Part shown: positions 1-8,903 of the stretch, piece after piece | Position numbering within the stretch: the stretch's first letter is position 1 | Layout of the letters: each line of letters starts with the position of its first letter | DNA from: Verrucomicrobiota bacterium | Lineage (GTDB): Bacteria; Verrucomicrobiota; Verrucomicrobiia; Limisphaerales; SXQI01 | Assembly: GCA_033762115.1 (NCBI GenBank) | Contig: JANRLX010000022.1 | Span: 13,695 to 77,694, forward strand | Length of the DNA stretch: 64,000 nt | Direction of reading: 5' to 3' | Translations under genes and position numbers: made by a program | The notes under the pieces: model-generated | Database searches by the model: none | What the model saw: only the letters and a program-made list of their open reading frames with translations | Told to the model about the DNA's origin: nothing

Positions 1-2
1 CC

Positions 3-131
3 TCAAGGGGGAAACAATTTGTGCTGGAGGGGAGCACGCATGTGTCGCTGCTGACTGACCGAAGATACGCGGAGAGAATTGCGGAAGAGGCGCGACGGAT
101 GGCCGGTTTTTTGGGCAGGCCGGCGGTTTGA
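3..131 (+). CDS. possible 3' end of a CDS entering from upstream of the window (product unknown)
   Basis: Frame 3 is open from the window edge for 42 codons (..VLEGSTHVSLLTDRRYAERIAEEARRMAGFLGRPAV). It stops at TGA 129-131, 41 nt before the next gene. Too short to assign a family. Confidence 0.3.
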   Translation, partial: SRGKQFVLEGSTHVSLLTDRRYAERIAEEARRMAGFLGRPAV

Positions 132-172
132 CGATTAGCCGGGGATGACCGAACTTCCGAAGAGGAGAGGTC

Positions 173-1219
173 ATGGTGGATTTCAACTGGTCTGAAGCGA
201 CCAAAGGGGTTGAGGGGATGGTGAACTCGTTTGTGAGTCGCCTGCCTTATCTTTTACTGGGGCTGATCGCCTTCCTTATCATTTATTACCTGGGCAAGGT
301 GGTCCGCCGGCTGATCCAGAAGATCACCAGACGGCATGAGCATCACAAAAATGTGGGTGTGCTGCTGGGAAGGCTGGCGCAGGGGGCGACGGTCGCGATG
401 GCGTTGCTTGTGGCGGCGGTGATCGCGATTCCATCATTCCAGCCGGGGCAGCTGGTGCAGTTGCTGGGGATCGGGAGCGTGGCAATTGGATTTGCCTTCA
501 GGGACATCCTGCAAAATTTTCTGGCGGGGATTCTCCTGCTGTTAACGCAGCCGTTCCGGCTTGGGGACCAGATCAAGGTGAATGATTTTGAAGGGACGGT
601 GGAGGATATCCAGACGCGGGCAACGAGTATTCGCACGTACGACGGGAGGCGAATCATCATTCCCAATTCCGATTTGTTCACAGATGCAGTGACGGTGAAT
701 ACGGCGTTTGACAAGCGGCGGGTGAGTTATGATGTGGGAATCGGTTACGGTGATGATCCTGAGCGGGCAAAGCAGGTGATCGTGGAGGCAATCAGAGGAT
801 TGCCGGAAGTCCTGAAAGAACCGCCACCGGAAGCGTTGGTGGTGGAGCTGGCAGCAAGCGCGGTGATGATCCGGGTGCGTTGGTGGATCTGCCCGCCAAA
901 TCGACGGGAGCTGGTGGACACGCGGGACAAGGTGTTGCTTGCGATCAAGACTGCGTTTGGCAAGGCGGGGATCGACCTGCCCTACCCCACGCAGCAGATT
1001 CTGTTTCATGATCAAACGGAGGAGACAGATGGAAATCGAAAAGCGCAGCGGGAAGGTTGGGCGGTTGGAAATGGGAGCGCCCCGAGGAGGGGAAACCTGG
1101 CGAGCGCATTGCATCGGCTGGCGGATTTGCAGGAGTCAGGGTTGAAGAAGAGAAGTGAGGATTCATGCGGCAGAGAGGGAAGCCGGGATGATGTGGAGCG
1201 AATGGATGGGAAGAATTGA
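173..1219 (+). CDS. mechanosensitive ion channel, MscS family
   Basis: 348-aa ORF. N-terminal TM helices are followed by GSVAIGFAFRDILQNFLAGILLLLTQPFRLGDQIKV..GTVEDIQTRATSIRTYDGRRIIIPNS, the pore-helix/beta-domain signature of MscS-family channels. Confidence 0.85.
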   Translation: MVDFNWSEATKGVEGMVNSFVSRLPYLLLGLIAFLIIYYLGKVVRRLIQKITRRHEHHKNVGVLLGRLAQGATVAMALLVAAVIAIPSFQPGQLVQLLGIGSVAIGFAFRDILQNFLAGILLLLTQPFRLGDQIKVNDFEGTVEDIQTRATSIRTYDGRRIIIPNSDLFTDAVTVNTAFDKRRVSYDVGIGYGDDPERAKQVIVEAIRGLPEVLKEPPPEALVVELAASAVMIRVRWWICPPNRRELVDTRDKVLLAIKTAFGKAGIDLPYPTQQILFHDQTEETDGNRKAQREGWAVGNGSAPRRGNLASALHRLADLQESGLKKRSEDSCGREGSRDDVERMDGKN

Positions 1220-1223
1220 AAGC

Positions 1224-2702
1224 TTACCTGGAATCGCCGAGGTAAAAAATCCGGAGGTGTGTGCCCTCTGCATTTTTCCGGAGCCGGAAGAGGCCAAAGA
1301 GGGCTGAATGTTTGGTTTCTGCGCCGTGTTTCTCTTTTCTGTAGAGGTTCCAAAGGAGCGAGTGGCTGTTGTCGCCGGTGCGGGGGTTGTTCTCTGAACG
1401 CCAGATGGACCAGAGGGGGGAGTAGGTTCGTTCGATGGTTTTGTTGTTGGGGAGGACTGGTTCGAGGGGGGCAAGAATCTGCAAGCGACTGTTTCCGTCA
1501 TGTTCGCTGCGCCAGGTGAAGAGGGGCCAGAAATCGCGCCGATGCAGGGCGGTATTTTTGACGGTGTTGCGCTCGATCAGATCGGAGTAGAGAAAGAAAA
1601 GAATCCGGGTGCGTTCGCGATCAAGCGGGGAACTGGTGGCGCGATTGTATTTGTAAATGGGCCAGGCGTAAAAATCGCTCTGGAGAATGGGAGTTTTTGC
1701 CTTGCCGAAGAGAGGCCAGACACGGCGGGTTTTTTTGCCTGGGCCATCAGCAAAAACAACGAGGGGCCAGGGTGCGCCGGTCTCGCGATAGCCTTTTTCG
1801 CGATCGAGGGTGCGGGTGAGACCGATGGGCCAGCCGTAGCTTGTGCTTTCCCTGGAAGGAGCTTTCTGCGAGGCATAAAAGGGAAGGATGAGGAATTGGG
1901 TTCCTTCATTGGTCCCGCCAATGCCGATGCGGTTATTGAAGTAAATGGGCCAGGGGCCGAAGAATTTTTCATGGCCGAGGGATTTCTCGAGGTCGCCAAA
2001 GCGGTTGGTGATGGTGGTGACTTCCTTGACTTCCCGGCCGATGATTGGCCATGCCTGCCAGCCTTTCAGTCCGTAGCCATGCCGTTTGTGAAAGATGGGG
2101 AAGAGATAGTTGTCCGTGGTGACGCCGCGTTTTTCGCTCTGGATGTAAAGGGGAAACAGGATGAAGAACAGTTCATCACGAAAAAGGCGGTTCTGGAGCC
2201 CCCCGTAAAAGGGGAAGAGGGCGGTGTAATTTTCCGCTGGATTTTCGGAGCGTTGCCAGAAAAAGAAGGGAAAAAGAGTGAAGCGGGACTTTTCATCGTC
2301 CTGCTGGTTTTTGCCTCCGGCGATGGCAAAGAGTTGGAAAAATTGAAAACGATATTCAGGACCGGAGGCATCGTAGGTCAAAATGGGGTAAGCGAGGTCA
2401 AATTCAGCGGTTTCCGTGGAGGTGCCGGAACGCCAGGAGAACAGAGGGGTGAGAGTGAAACCTTGTTGCAGGTCGTTGGTTTCAAAACTGAGGAGCGGAC
2501 CAAGCCATTCGGAGCGTTCACCGGGGCGAAGGGTCAATGAGAAGCGGTCCTGAAAGAATCCTGCATCGAGATCAGCAGCTGCGCTGGAAGGGAGGAAAAG
2601 GAGAGAAAAAAGAGTGAAGGAGGAGAGGAGAAAAGATTTAAAGCATTTTACGATAACGTTATCGTAATGGCTTAAATCAGCTAAAAGAAGCGTATTTGGC
2701 AT
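1224..2702 (-). CDS. secreted repeat protein of unknown function (F/W-P-hydrophobic repeats)
   Basis: Start trimmed to Met38 (ATG at 2702) because the long form overlaps the upstream MMPL gene. Hydrophobic signal-like segment FLLSSFTLFSLLFLPSSAAA. About 15 spaced motifs such as TLFPFFFW, ALFPFYGG, ILFPLYIQ, YLFPIFHK, QAWPIIGR, GPWPIYFN, APWPLVVF, RVWPLFGK, YAWPIYKY, DFWPLFTW. Confidence 0.6.
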   Translation of the reverse strand: MPNTLLLADLSHYDNVIVKCFKSFLLSSFTLFSLLFLPSSAAADLDAGFFQDRFSLTLRPGERSEWLGPLLSFETNDLQQGFTLTPLFSWRSGTSTETAEFDLAYPILTYDASGPEYRFQFFQLFAIAGGKNQQDDEKSRFTLFPFFFWQRSENPAENYTALFPFYGGLQNRLFRDELFFILFPLYIQSEKRGVTTDNYLFPIFHKRHGYGLKGWQAWPIIGREVKEVTTITNRFGDLEKSLGHEKFFGPWPIYFNNRIGIGGTNEGTQFLILPFYASQKAPSRESTSYGWPIGLTRTLDREKGYRETGAPWPLVVFADGPGKKTRRVWPLFGKAKTPILQSDFYAWPIYKYNRATSSPLDRERTRILFFLYSDLIERNTVKNTALHRRDFWPLFTWRSEHDGNSRLQILAPLEPVLPNNKTIERTYSPLWSIWRSENNPRTGDNSHSLLWNLYRKEKHGAETKHSALFGLFRLRKNAEGTHLRIFYLGDSR

Positions 2703-2766
2703 CTTTTCAGCAAGTTTTGTTTGACTTTCGTATTCCAACTTATACCTTGTCTGGCAATTGAGGTTT

Positions 2767-5511
2767 TTACCTCGGTTCCTCCCGACCCAGTGACGACAGT
2801 GCATTGTTGCCACTGGGTTTCTTCATTTTCCAGCCGTACTGGATCAAGAGAGTCAACACAGCGGGAAGAAAGGTCAAGGCGGCGAGCATACAGGTGCCGA
2901 CGCCGACGGACATGACGATTCCGAGGCTGGCAATTCCCTGGTGTTGAGCGGGAATGAGACTGCCAAATCCCGCGATGGTGGTCAGTGCGGAAATGATGAC
3001 CGCTTTGCCGGTGCTTTTTGCCAGGATGCCGGGGTTTTGTTCCTCGGAGAAGCGGTTGAGGATATGGATACCGTTGGTGACGCCGATGCCGATGACCAGG
3101 GGCAGTGTCATGATGTTGGCGGGGTTGAACATAATGCCTGTGGCTCCCATGACTCCAACCATCCAGAGAGTCCCAATGAATACGGGTAGCAGTGCGAGGA
3201 TGACCCAGGCAAGGCGGCGAAAATGAAAGAGGACCAAAAGGGCAATGGCGCCGAGAGCGTACCAGGCGGCTTCGACATAACTGTCCTTGAGAAGGGTGGT
3301 GTATTCGAAGAGTTGCACGGGGGTGCCGGTCACATTGGGATCGACGGTGCGGAGGTCGCGAACAAATTCCTGCTGGGGCTGGCGTTCCCAGATATTTCCC
3401 TTTGGATATACCTGGATGAGATGCAGGCCGCTGCGGCCAATGAACCGGTTTCGCAACGCGGGTGGGAGGTCCTGGATACTTAAAGGGGCGGAATCATCCT
3501 GGGTGCGAATGGCCCTGAAGGTTTCGCGGAGATCGTTGAAAAGGGCCTGTTGATAATTGGCCAGACGGGTGGCAACGGTGACAGGGTCGCCGTTGAGGAG
3601 AGTCTGGCGAAAGGATTCGATGGCTTTGCGCATGCGTCCCAGTTCGGCCGCGAGGTCGGCGGAGTCCTGCATCTCCTCGAGGGTGGAGAGTGCGAGGCCG
3701 AGATACCCGTGAAGGGACCAGAGGGTGCGGCTTAACTCAGCGATGACGGGCCGTTCCATATCCACAGGAGGAAAGCGGATGCTGGCAAGGTCCTGTTTGA
3801 TCTGGCGGATGATTTCGAGCTTTCTGGTTTGGTTGCCGACAAGGAACTGACTCATGGAATCGACGCTGGCAACGGTGGGAAGATTGGTGAGGCGCTTTTC
3901 CAGTTCGAGGGCGTGAAGGGAATTTGTGGCAACGACAGCGGCAAAGAGGACGGATTTGGAAGCGGAAGCGATGAGTTTGTGCTCGAATTCGACGGCTGGG
4001 AGGCCGTGGGATTGCATGTTGAGCAGGTTGTAGTCGAACCGCACCTTTCGCAGTTGGGTGAGGCAGGCGATGGAAATGGCAAGAGTAATCCCGATCACGA
4101 GACCGGGGCGGTCAAGCCAGTAACGTTCGATCCGGGCACGTTTGTCTTCACGGAAGGATGCCGCGTGATCGATCTTGTTTTGCCTGCCGCGGAGGAGAAG
4201 AACGGGAAGCATGGTCATCATGGGAATGAGGCAGATCAACATGCCGCCACCGGTGATGATGCCCATTTCCTGAATGCCTTTGAAATCGGTGAGGCCCATG
4301 GCAAAGAAGGCGCCTGCGGTGGTGAAGCAGCCGGTGAAAATGCCGACGCCGGTGTTGACGATGGCTTTTTCAATTGCCTGAAATTCTGTTTGTCCCTGCT
4401 TAAGCTCCTCCTCGAAACGAGAGATGAGATGAACGCCGAAGTCAATGGCGAGGCCAATGAGGATCGGGAAAAAGGTGACGGTGAGAATGTTAAGGTGGCC
4501 GACCACGAGAGTGGTGTAGCCCATCGTATATCCGAGGCCAACGAGGAGGGAGACGGTGGCTTTGAGAGGGCGGCCGGTCTGGTTGTAGCCAAAAATGAAG
4601 ATGAAAGCGCACAGGAGGAGTGAAACGATGCTGGCAACGGTGGAATCTTTTTGGGATTGCTCCATTTCATCCTTCTCGAGGACCGGCTCCCCTGTAACGC
4701 CGACATTGACACCGGGGACTTCGGCCTGGGTTTCAGCGACCAGTTGACGAAGACGTTCGACGGCACGGCCATTGAGTTCCGATTTACCGGTGCGGGTATT
4801 GACGATGTAGATGCGCCCCTCGGCAAAGGTGATGTACTGCTGGGCTTCGGCTTCCGGACCGGCATCGAACAAAGCAGTGATGCCGGGGGAGGGAGAAATT
4901 CCCGGGCGAAGCATGGCGCCGGTCCCCTGCTCGATGATGCGGCGAAGAGCCGGCAGCGCCTTGACGAGTGATTCGTTCTCGCTGTTTTGCTGGCGGCTGG
5001 CAGTGCGAAACTGGTGATTCACGAGGGTGAAAAGAGAATTCAGGTTGGTGGCAGCGGCAAACTGGGCAATGAACGGTTTGTATTCGCGGAGGGTTTTTTG
5101 GAGATCGAGCAGCGTGGGTTCATCAAGAAACAGAAGCGCTTTGGGGCCGAGCATCTTGAGGTCGCCCTTGTAGAAAACCTCGGCGAAGAGTTTTGGCTCG
5201 GCTTCCAGTTTTGCACCGAGGCGTTCGACAAATTGACGATTTTTTTCCCGGTCCTCGCTTTCAACGACGGCCACGATATCATCCTGGCCGGGGAACTCCT
5301 TTTTGAATTCGAGGAAGTTGTGGTGATATTTTTTATCAGCGCCGACGAGAGCGTTGCGGTCCGCGCTGAATTGGAGATGGGCGACGGTGTAGTAAACAGA
5401 GAGGACAAGGAGCAGGACCTGCGGATAAAAAAGGAGCCGTGGGTAATGGTAGATGAGAAAAGCCAACCGTTTCAGGATGCGGACAGGCCAGGATTCGCGG
5501 ACCGTTCCCAT
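2767..5511 (-). CDS. MMPL/RND-superfamily membrane transporter (HpnN-like architecture)
   Basis: 914 aa. Two large soluble loops are each followed by a block of TM helices. Internal duplication is visible in GLAIDFGVHLISRFEEE and IGIGVTNGIHILNRFSEE, typical of MMPL-type RND transporters. Confidence 0.8.
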   Translation of the reverse strand: MGTVRESWPVRILKRLAFLIYHYPRLLFYPQVLLLVLSVYYTVAHLQFSADRNALVGADKKYHHNFLEFKKEFPGQDDIVAVVESEDREKNRQFVERLGAKLEAEPKLFAEVFYKGDLKMLGPKALLFLDEPTLLDLQKTLREYKPFIAQFAAATNLNSLFTLVNHQFRTASRQQNSENESLVKALPALRRIIEQGTGAMLRPGISPSPGITALFDAGPEAEAQQYITFAEGRIYIVNTRTGKSELNGRAVERLRQLVAETQAEVPGVNVGVTGEPVLEKDEMEQSQKDSTVASIVSLLLCAFIFIFGYNQTGRPLKATVSLLVGLGYTMGYTTLVVGHLNILTVTFFPILIGLAIDFGVHLISRFEEELKQGQTEFQAIEKAIVNTGVGIFTGCFTTAGAFFAMGLTDFKGIQEMGIITGGGMLICLIPMMTMLPVLLLRGRQNKIDHAASFREDKRARIERYWLDRPGLVIGITLAISIACLTQLRKVRFDYNLLNMQSHGLPAVEFEHKLIASASKSVLFAAVVATNSLHALELEKRLTNLPTVASVDSMSQFLVGNQTRKLEIIRQIKQDLASIRFPPVDMERPVIAELSRTLWSLHGYLGLALSTLEEMQDSADLAAELGRMRKAIESFRQTLLNGDPVTVATRLANYQQALFNDLRETFRAIRTQDDSAPLSIQDLPPALRNRFIGRSGLHLIQVYPKGNIWERQPQQEFVRDLRTVDPNVTGTPVQLFEYTTLLKDSYVEAAWYALGAIALLVLFHFRRLAWVILALLPVFIGTLWMVGVMGATGIMFNPANIMTLPLVIGIGVTNGIHILNRFSEEQNPGILAKSTGKAVIISALTTIAGFGSLIPAQHQGIASLGIVMSVGVGTCMLAALTFLPAVLTLLIQYGWKMKKPSGNNALSSLGREEPR

Positions 5512-5571
5512 GGGTCAGCAACGGGGAAGCAGGAAGTGAAATGAAATCTCCGATTTCATGCAAGGTGGAGA

Positions 5572-5925
5572 TTAAGGAAGAGCAGGATTGGGAGCAACCT
5601 CGAGATGAACAGCGGTGCCGTAACAGAGGACTTCGGTGATGCCGGGAGCGAGTTCGGTGGCGTCGTAGCGCACGCCGATAACCGCGTTGCCGCCCATTTG
5701 CCCGGCGTGGGCGAGCATTTGTTGAAAGGCATCATCCCGGGCGCGTTCGCAAAGGGAAGCGTAAAGGGAGATGTTGCCGCCGAAAAAGCTTTGGATGCTG
5801 GCGCCGAAGTTGCCGACGATGGAGCGGGAGCGGACGACAAGCCCACGGACAACGCCAAGAGAGCGGACGATCCTGTAACCGGGGATTTCGAAGGTGGTGG
5901 TGGTTAGAGGATGGGTCTGGCTCAT
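5572..5925 (-). CDS. YbjQ/UPF0145 family protein
   Basis: 117 aa. ..[73 protein letters not shown] matches the YbjQ family pattern. Confidence 0.8.
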   Translation of the reverse strand: MSQTHPLTTTTFEIPGYRIVRSLGVVRGLVVRSRSIVGNFGASIQSFFGGNISLYASLCERARDDAFQQMLAHAGQMGGNAVIGVRYDATELAPGITEVLCYGTAVHLEVAPNPALP

Positions 5926-5935
5926 GAAGAGAAAA

Positions 5936-6679
5936 TTATTTTGAGGAGTCGAGCCGCTTCACGCGAATGTTGCGGTATCGGACAAATTCAGAGGTGTGGT
6001 CGCCGCCTCCATGCACCTGAAGGGCGATTCCTCCTGTGGCGGGATGACGGACCTCCTTTTCCTGCCATTCCATGATTTTAACGCCGTTGATCCAGGTGGT
6101 GATCAGGGGCGGGTTCCCGACGATGCGGGCGCGGAGTTCGTTCCACTGGCCGTGGCGCCAGAAGAATTTCCAGGATTCCGGGAGAATGGGGAAAGGGACC
6201 AAAGAATTGGTGAGGGCGCGAATGTCGGTGACTTCCTTGTTGAAGCTGAAGTTGCGGACGGAGGGTTTTGCGCCAAGGGCCCCTTCGCCGTAAAGGCCCA
6301 TGAGATTACCGCCTTCGTGATAATCGATCATGGCCTGGAAGGCGGTGCCCTCCTCGTTTGAACGGAGGAAGAGGCCGCTATCGGGGCCGAAATCATTGTT
6401 CATCTCGAGGGAGACTTCAAAATCACCAAAGAGTTCGTCAGTGATGATGATGCCGCCGTTGCCGGGGATGTCCTGGGAACCGACGATTGCGCCCTGTTGG
6501 ACAATCCATTTGCCACCAGATTGATTTTTGCTGGCGCGGCTGTGGCCGGTTTTGGCGCTGACATGCCATCCCTTGAGAGTGGAGCCGTCAAACAACGGGG
6601 TGAAGGCGGGTTCCTCCGCGGCATGGGAAAGGGAAAGGAAACCGGAAATTGCGAGTGAGATGAGAGTCTGAGTTTTCAT
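5936..6679 (-). CDS. secreted DUF1080 (3-keto-disaccharide hydrolase-like) protein
   Basis: Signal peptide [20 protein letters not shown]. Also [53 protein letters not shown], the usual DUF1080 pattern. Confidence 0.7.
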   Translation of the reverse strand: MKTQTLISLAISGFLSLSHAAEEPAFTPLFDGSTLKGWHVSAKTGHSRASKNQSGGKWIVQQGAIVGSQDIPGNGGIIITDELFGDFEVSLEMNNDFGPDSGLFLRSNEEGTAFQAMIDYHEGGNLMGLYGEGALGAKPSVRNFSFNKEVTDIRALTNSLVPFPILPESWKFFWRHGQWNELRARIVGNPPLITTWINGVKIMEWQEKEVRHPATGGIALQVHGGGDHTSEFVRYRNIRVKRLDSSK

Positions 6680-6710
6680 GGGTCAATCAGAGCGAAGCAC
6701 CCGAAGGGCA

Positions 6711-6974
6711 TCACTCCTCGTCAAATTTACGTTTGAGCAACGCTTCAATTTCTGCGAGGGCGGCGGCGGCGTCCTGCCCGATGGCATGCACATGGAGACG
6801 GCTGCCGGGACCTGCGGCGAGCATCATAAGACCCATGATGCTTTTGCCATTGACCTTTTCCCCATCCTTTTCAACGAAGATATCACTTTGAAAGCGATTG
6901 GCGATCTTGACGAAGAGAGCGGCGGGGCGAGCGTGCACGCCCAGTTTGTTTTGCACAACCAGTTCTTTGGTCAT
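6711..6974 (-). CDS. ptsH: phosphocarrier protein HPr
   Basis: Start set at MTKELVV (ATG 6974), giving 87 aa. His15 context GVHARPA and Ser46 context GKSIMG are both present. Confidence 0.85.
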   Translation of the reverse strand: MTKELVVQNKLGVHARPAALFVKIANRFQSDIFVEKDGEKVNGKSIMGLMMLAAGPGSRLHVHAIGQDAAAALAEIEALLKRKFDEE

Positions 6975-7075
6975 TCCCTTACCGGATTCCGGCGCTTTGC
7001 GAGCAGAACTCATTATGATGCATTACTCAAGAGCAAGCGATTGTTTTTGCCAATCTAATAATACGTGGTGTTGGT

Positions 7076-8023
7076 TCAAATGTGCCCACTTTTGGTCATC
7101 TGCGCAATCAGGCGTTCATTTAACTCGCGGGCAGGGTTGTAGCCGGAGGATTTGAGTTTGGTCTGGAAAGCGGCGACTTCGATGAGGCGGGCGAGGTCAC
7201 GACCGGGACGAACGGGGATGGTGATTTCGGGAATATCAACGCCAAGGATGCGGATGTACTGCTCCTCCATGCCAAGGCGATCGACATCGGGGACATCATT
7301 CCAGTTTTTAAGGTTGACGATGAGGTCGACCTTTTTTTCACGCCGAATGCTTTTGACGCCGAACATGGCGGCGACATTGACGATGCCGATGCCGCGCACT
7401 TCCATGTGGTTGCGGGTGATTTCGGCGCTGGTGCCGATGACTTCGCGGCCATCGACGAGGGTGACTTTGGTGACATCATCGGAAACGAGACTGTAACCGC
7501 GCTCGATCAGCGCGAGCACGCTCTCGCTTTTGCCAATGCCGCTTTCGCCGCGAATGATCACGCCGACGCCGAGGATATCGACCATGCTGCCCATTTCGCT
7601 GCCGTGGGGTGCAAACATCATTTCCAGGGCGAGGGTGGCGATGTTGATGAATTTCATGGTAATCTGCGGGGTGGAGAAAAGGGGGATGTTTTTCTCTTCG
7701 GCAAATTTAAGGAAGGAACGGTCAGGCATGAATCCGCGACAAAAGACAACGCAGGGGATTTTATGGCTGAAGAGGTCGTGGTATCGCTTGAGACGTTCCT
7801 CCCTGGGAAGGGATTTGAGGAAATGGCATTCGGCATTGCCCATGACCTGAACACGTTTCCCGGCAAAGTATTTGGTAAACCCGGCGAGGGCGAGGCCGGG
7901 GCGGTTGACGGTGGGCTCGCGGATGAGTCGCTTGAGGCCGTTGGCACCGGCGACCAGCTTGAGCTCGAGCGAGCCGGCGTGCTCGGTATAAAAACGTTCC
8001 ACCGTTACAAGGTCACGCAACAT
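7076..8023 (-). CDS. hprK: HPr kinase/phosphorylase
   Basis: 315 aa. P-loop GESGIGKSE, then LVSDD and MEVRGIGIVNV signature blocks. Lies directly upstream of ptsH. Confidence 0.9.
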   Translation of the reverse strand: MLRDLVTVERFYTEHAGSLELKLVAGANGLKRLIREPTVNRPGLALAGFTKYFAGKRVQVMGNAECHFLKSLPREERLKRYHDLFSHKIPCVVFCRGFMPDRSFLKFAEEKNIPLFSTPQITMKFINIATLALEMMFAPHGSEMGSMVDILGVGVIIRGESGIGKSESVLALIERGYSLVSDDVTKVTLVDGREVIGTSAEITRNHMEVRGIGIVNVAAMFGVKSIRREKKVDLIVNLKNWNDVPDVDRLGMEEQYIRILGVDIPEITIPVRPGRDLARLIEVAAFQTKLKSSGYNPARELNERLIAQMTKSGHI

Positions 8024-8073
8024 GTCTGAAATTCAGGATACAGGGGAACGGGAGAGGGAGAAGCCAAAAGCGT

Positions 8074-8811
8074 TCACATGTTAAATTCGGGGCCGAGGTA
8101 AATTTCACGGGCTTTGGGGTCATTGACGATGAAATCAGAGGTGCCTTCGATGAGGACCTGACCATCCTTGATAATATAGGCGCGGTCCACGAGCTTCAAA
8201 GTCTCGCGAACGTTATGATCCGTGATGAGGATGCCCAGGCCGCGATCCCGGAGGCGACGGGTGATTTTCTGGACTTCGTAAACTGTAATGGGATCGATCC
8301 CGCTGAACGGTTCATCGAGGAGGAGGAGCCTGGGAGTGGTGACGAGAGCGCGGGTGATTTCGAGGCGGCGCTTTTCCCCACCGCTCAGAGTGTAGGCCTT
8401 GCTGCGGGCGAGGCGGGACATGTCCAGTTCATCCAGGAGGTAATTGAGGCGAATCTTACGTTCCTCGCGGGAGATGTTACAGGTTTCAAGAATGGCGAGG
8501 ACATTCTGCTCGACGGTGAGCTTGCGAAAAACGGAGGGTTCCTGGGTGAGGTAACCCATGCCAAGCCGGGCGCGCTGGTGCATGGGCAAAGGGGTGACGA
8601 CTTTATCCTCAAAGCGGACCTCACCCTGATCCGGGGAGACCACGCCGACGACCATATTGAAGGTGGTGGTTTTACCAGCGCCATTGGGCCCGAGCAGGCC
8701 AACGATCTCCCCTGCCCTGACGGAGATGGAAACGCCGTTGACGACGCGGCGACCTTTGTACTGTTTGACGAGGTTTTTGGTGGTAAGCAGAAATGGATTG
8801 GTCTCGGGCAT
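8074..8811 (-). CDS. lptB: LPS export ABC transporter ATP-binding protein LptB
   Basis: Start at MPETNPF (ATG 8811), 245 aa. Walker A GPNGAGKTT, signature LSGGEKRRLEITRAL, Walker B LLLLDEPFSGIDP. No fused permease domain. Confidence 0.8.
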   Translation of the reverse strand: MPETNPFLLTTKNLVKQYKGRRVVNGVSISVRAGEIVGLLGPNGAGKTTTFNMVVGVVSPDQGEVRFEDKVVTPLPMHQRARLGMGYLTQEPSVFRKLTVEQNVLAILETCNISREERKIRLNYLLDELDMSRLARSKAYTLSGGEKRRLEITRALVTTPRLLLLDEPFSGIDPITVYEVQKITRRLRDRGLGILITDHNVRETLKLVDRAYIIKDGQVLIEGTSDFIVNDPKAREIYLGPEFNM

Positions 8812-8903
8812 TGCTCCGATCAACGAAACATGCCGGGGGCTGCAAGGCAATTCATTTGTCGGGCTTGTCACGGTCAAAGGGGGGAGGTTAACTGGAGAAA
8901 CTT

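Noticed and set aside
1500-2540. Long antisense ORFs opposite well-supported genes: 1500-2540, 3829-4623, 7406-8029, 8215-8940, 31665-32423, 39958-40500, 42973-43647, 56057-56614, 57828-58388.
   Set aside because: Each lies entirely within a gene that has clear family motifs on the other strand. Their translations are low-complexity (G/A/R/E-rich), typical of shadow ORFs in moderately GC-rich DNA.
5541-5559. 8-bp hairpin ATGAAATC-TCC-GATTTCAT between ybjQ and the MMPL gene.
   Set aside because: It is AT-rich and short and is not followed by a T-tract on the coding (minus) strand. That is insufficient to call a terminator.
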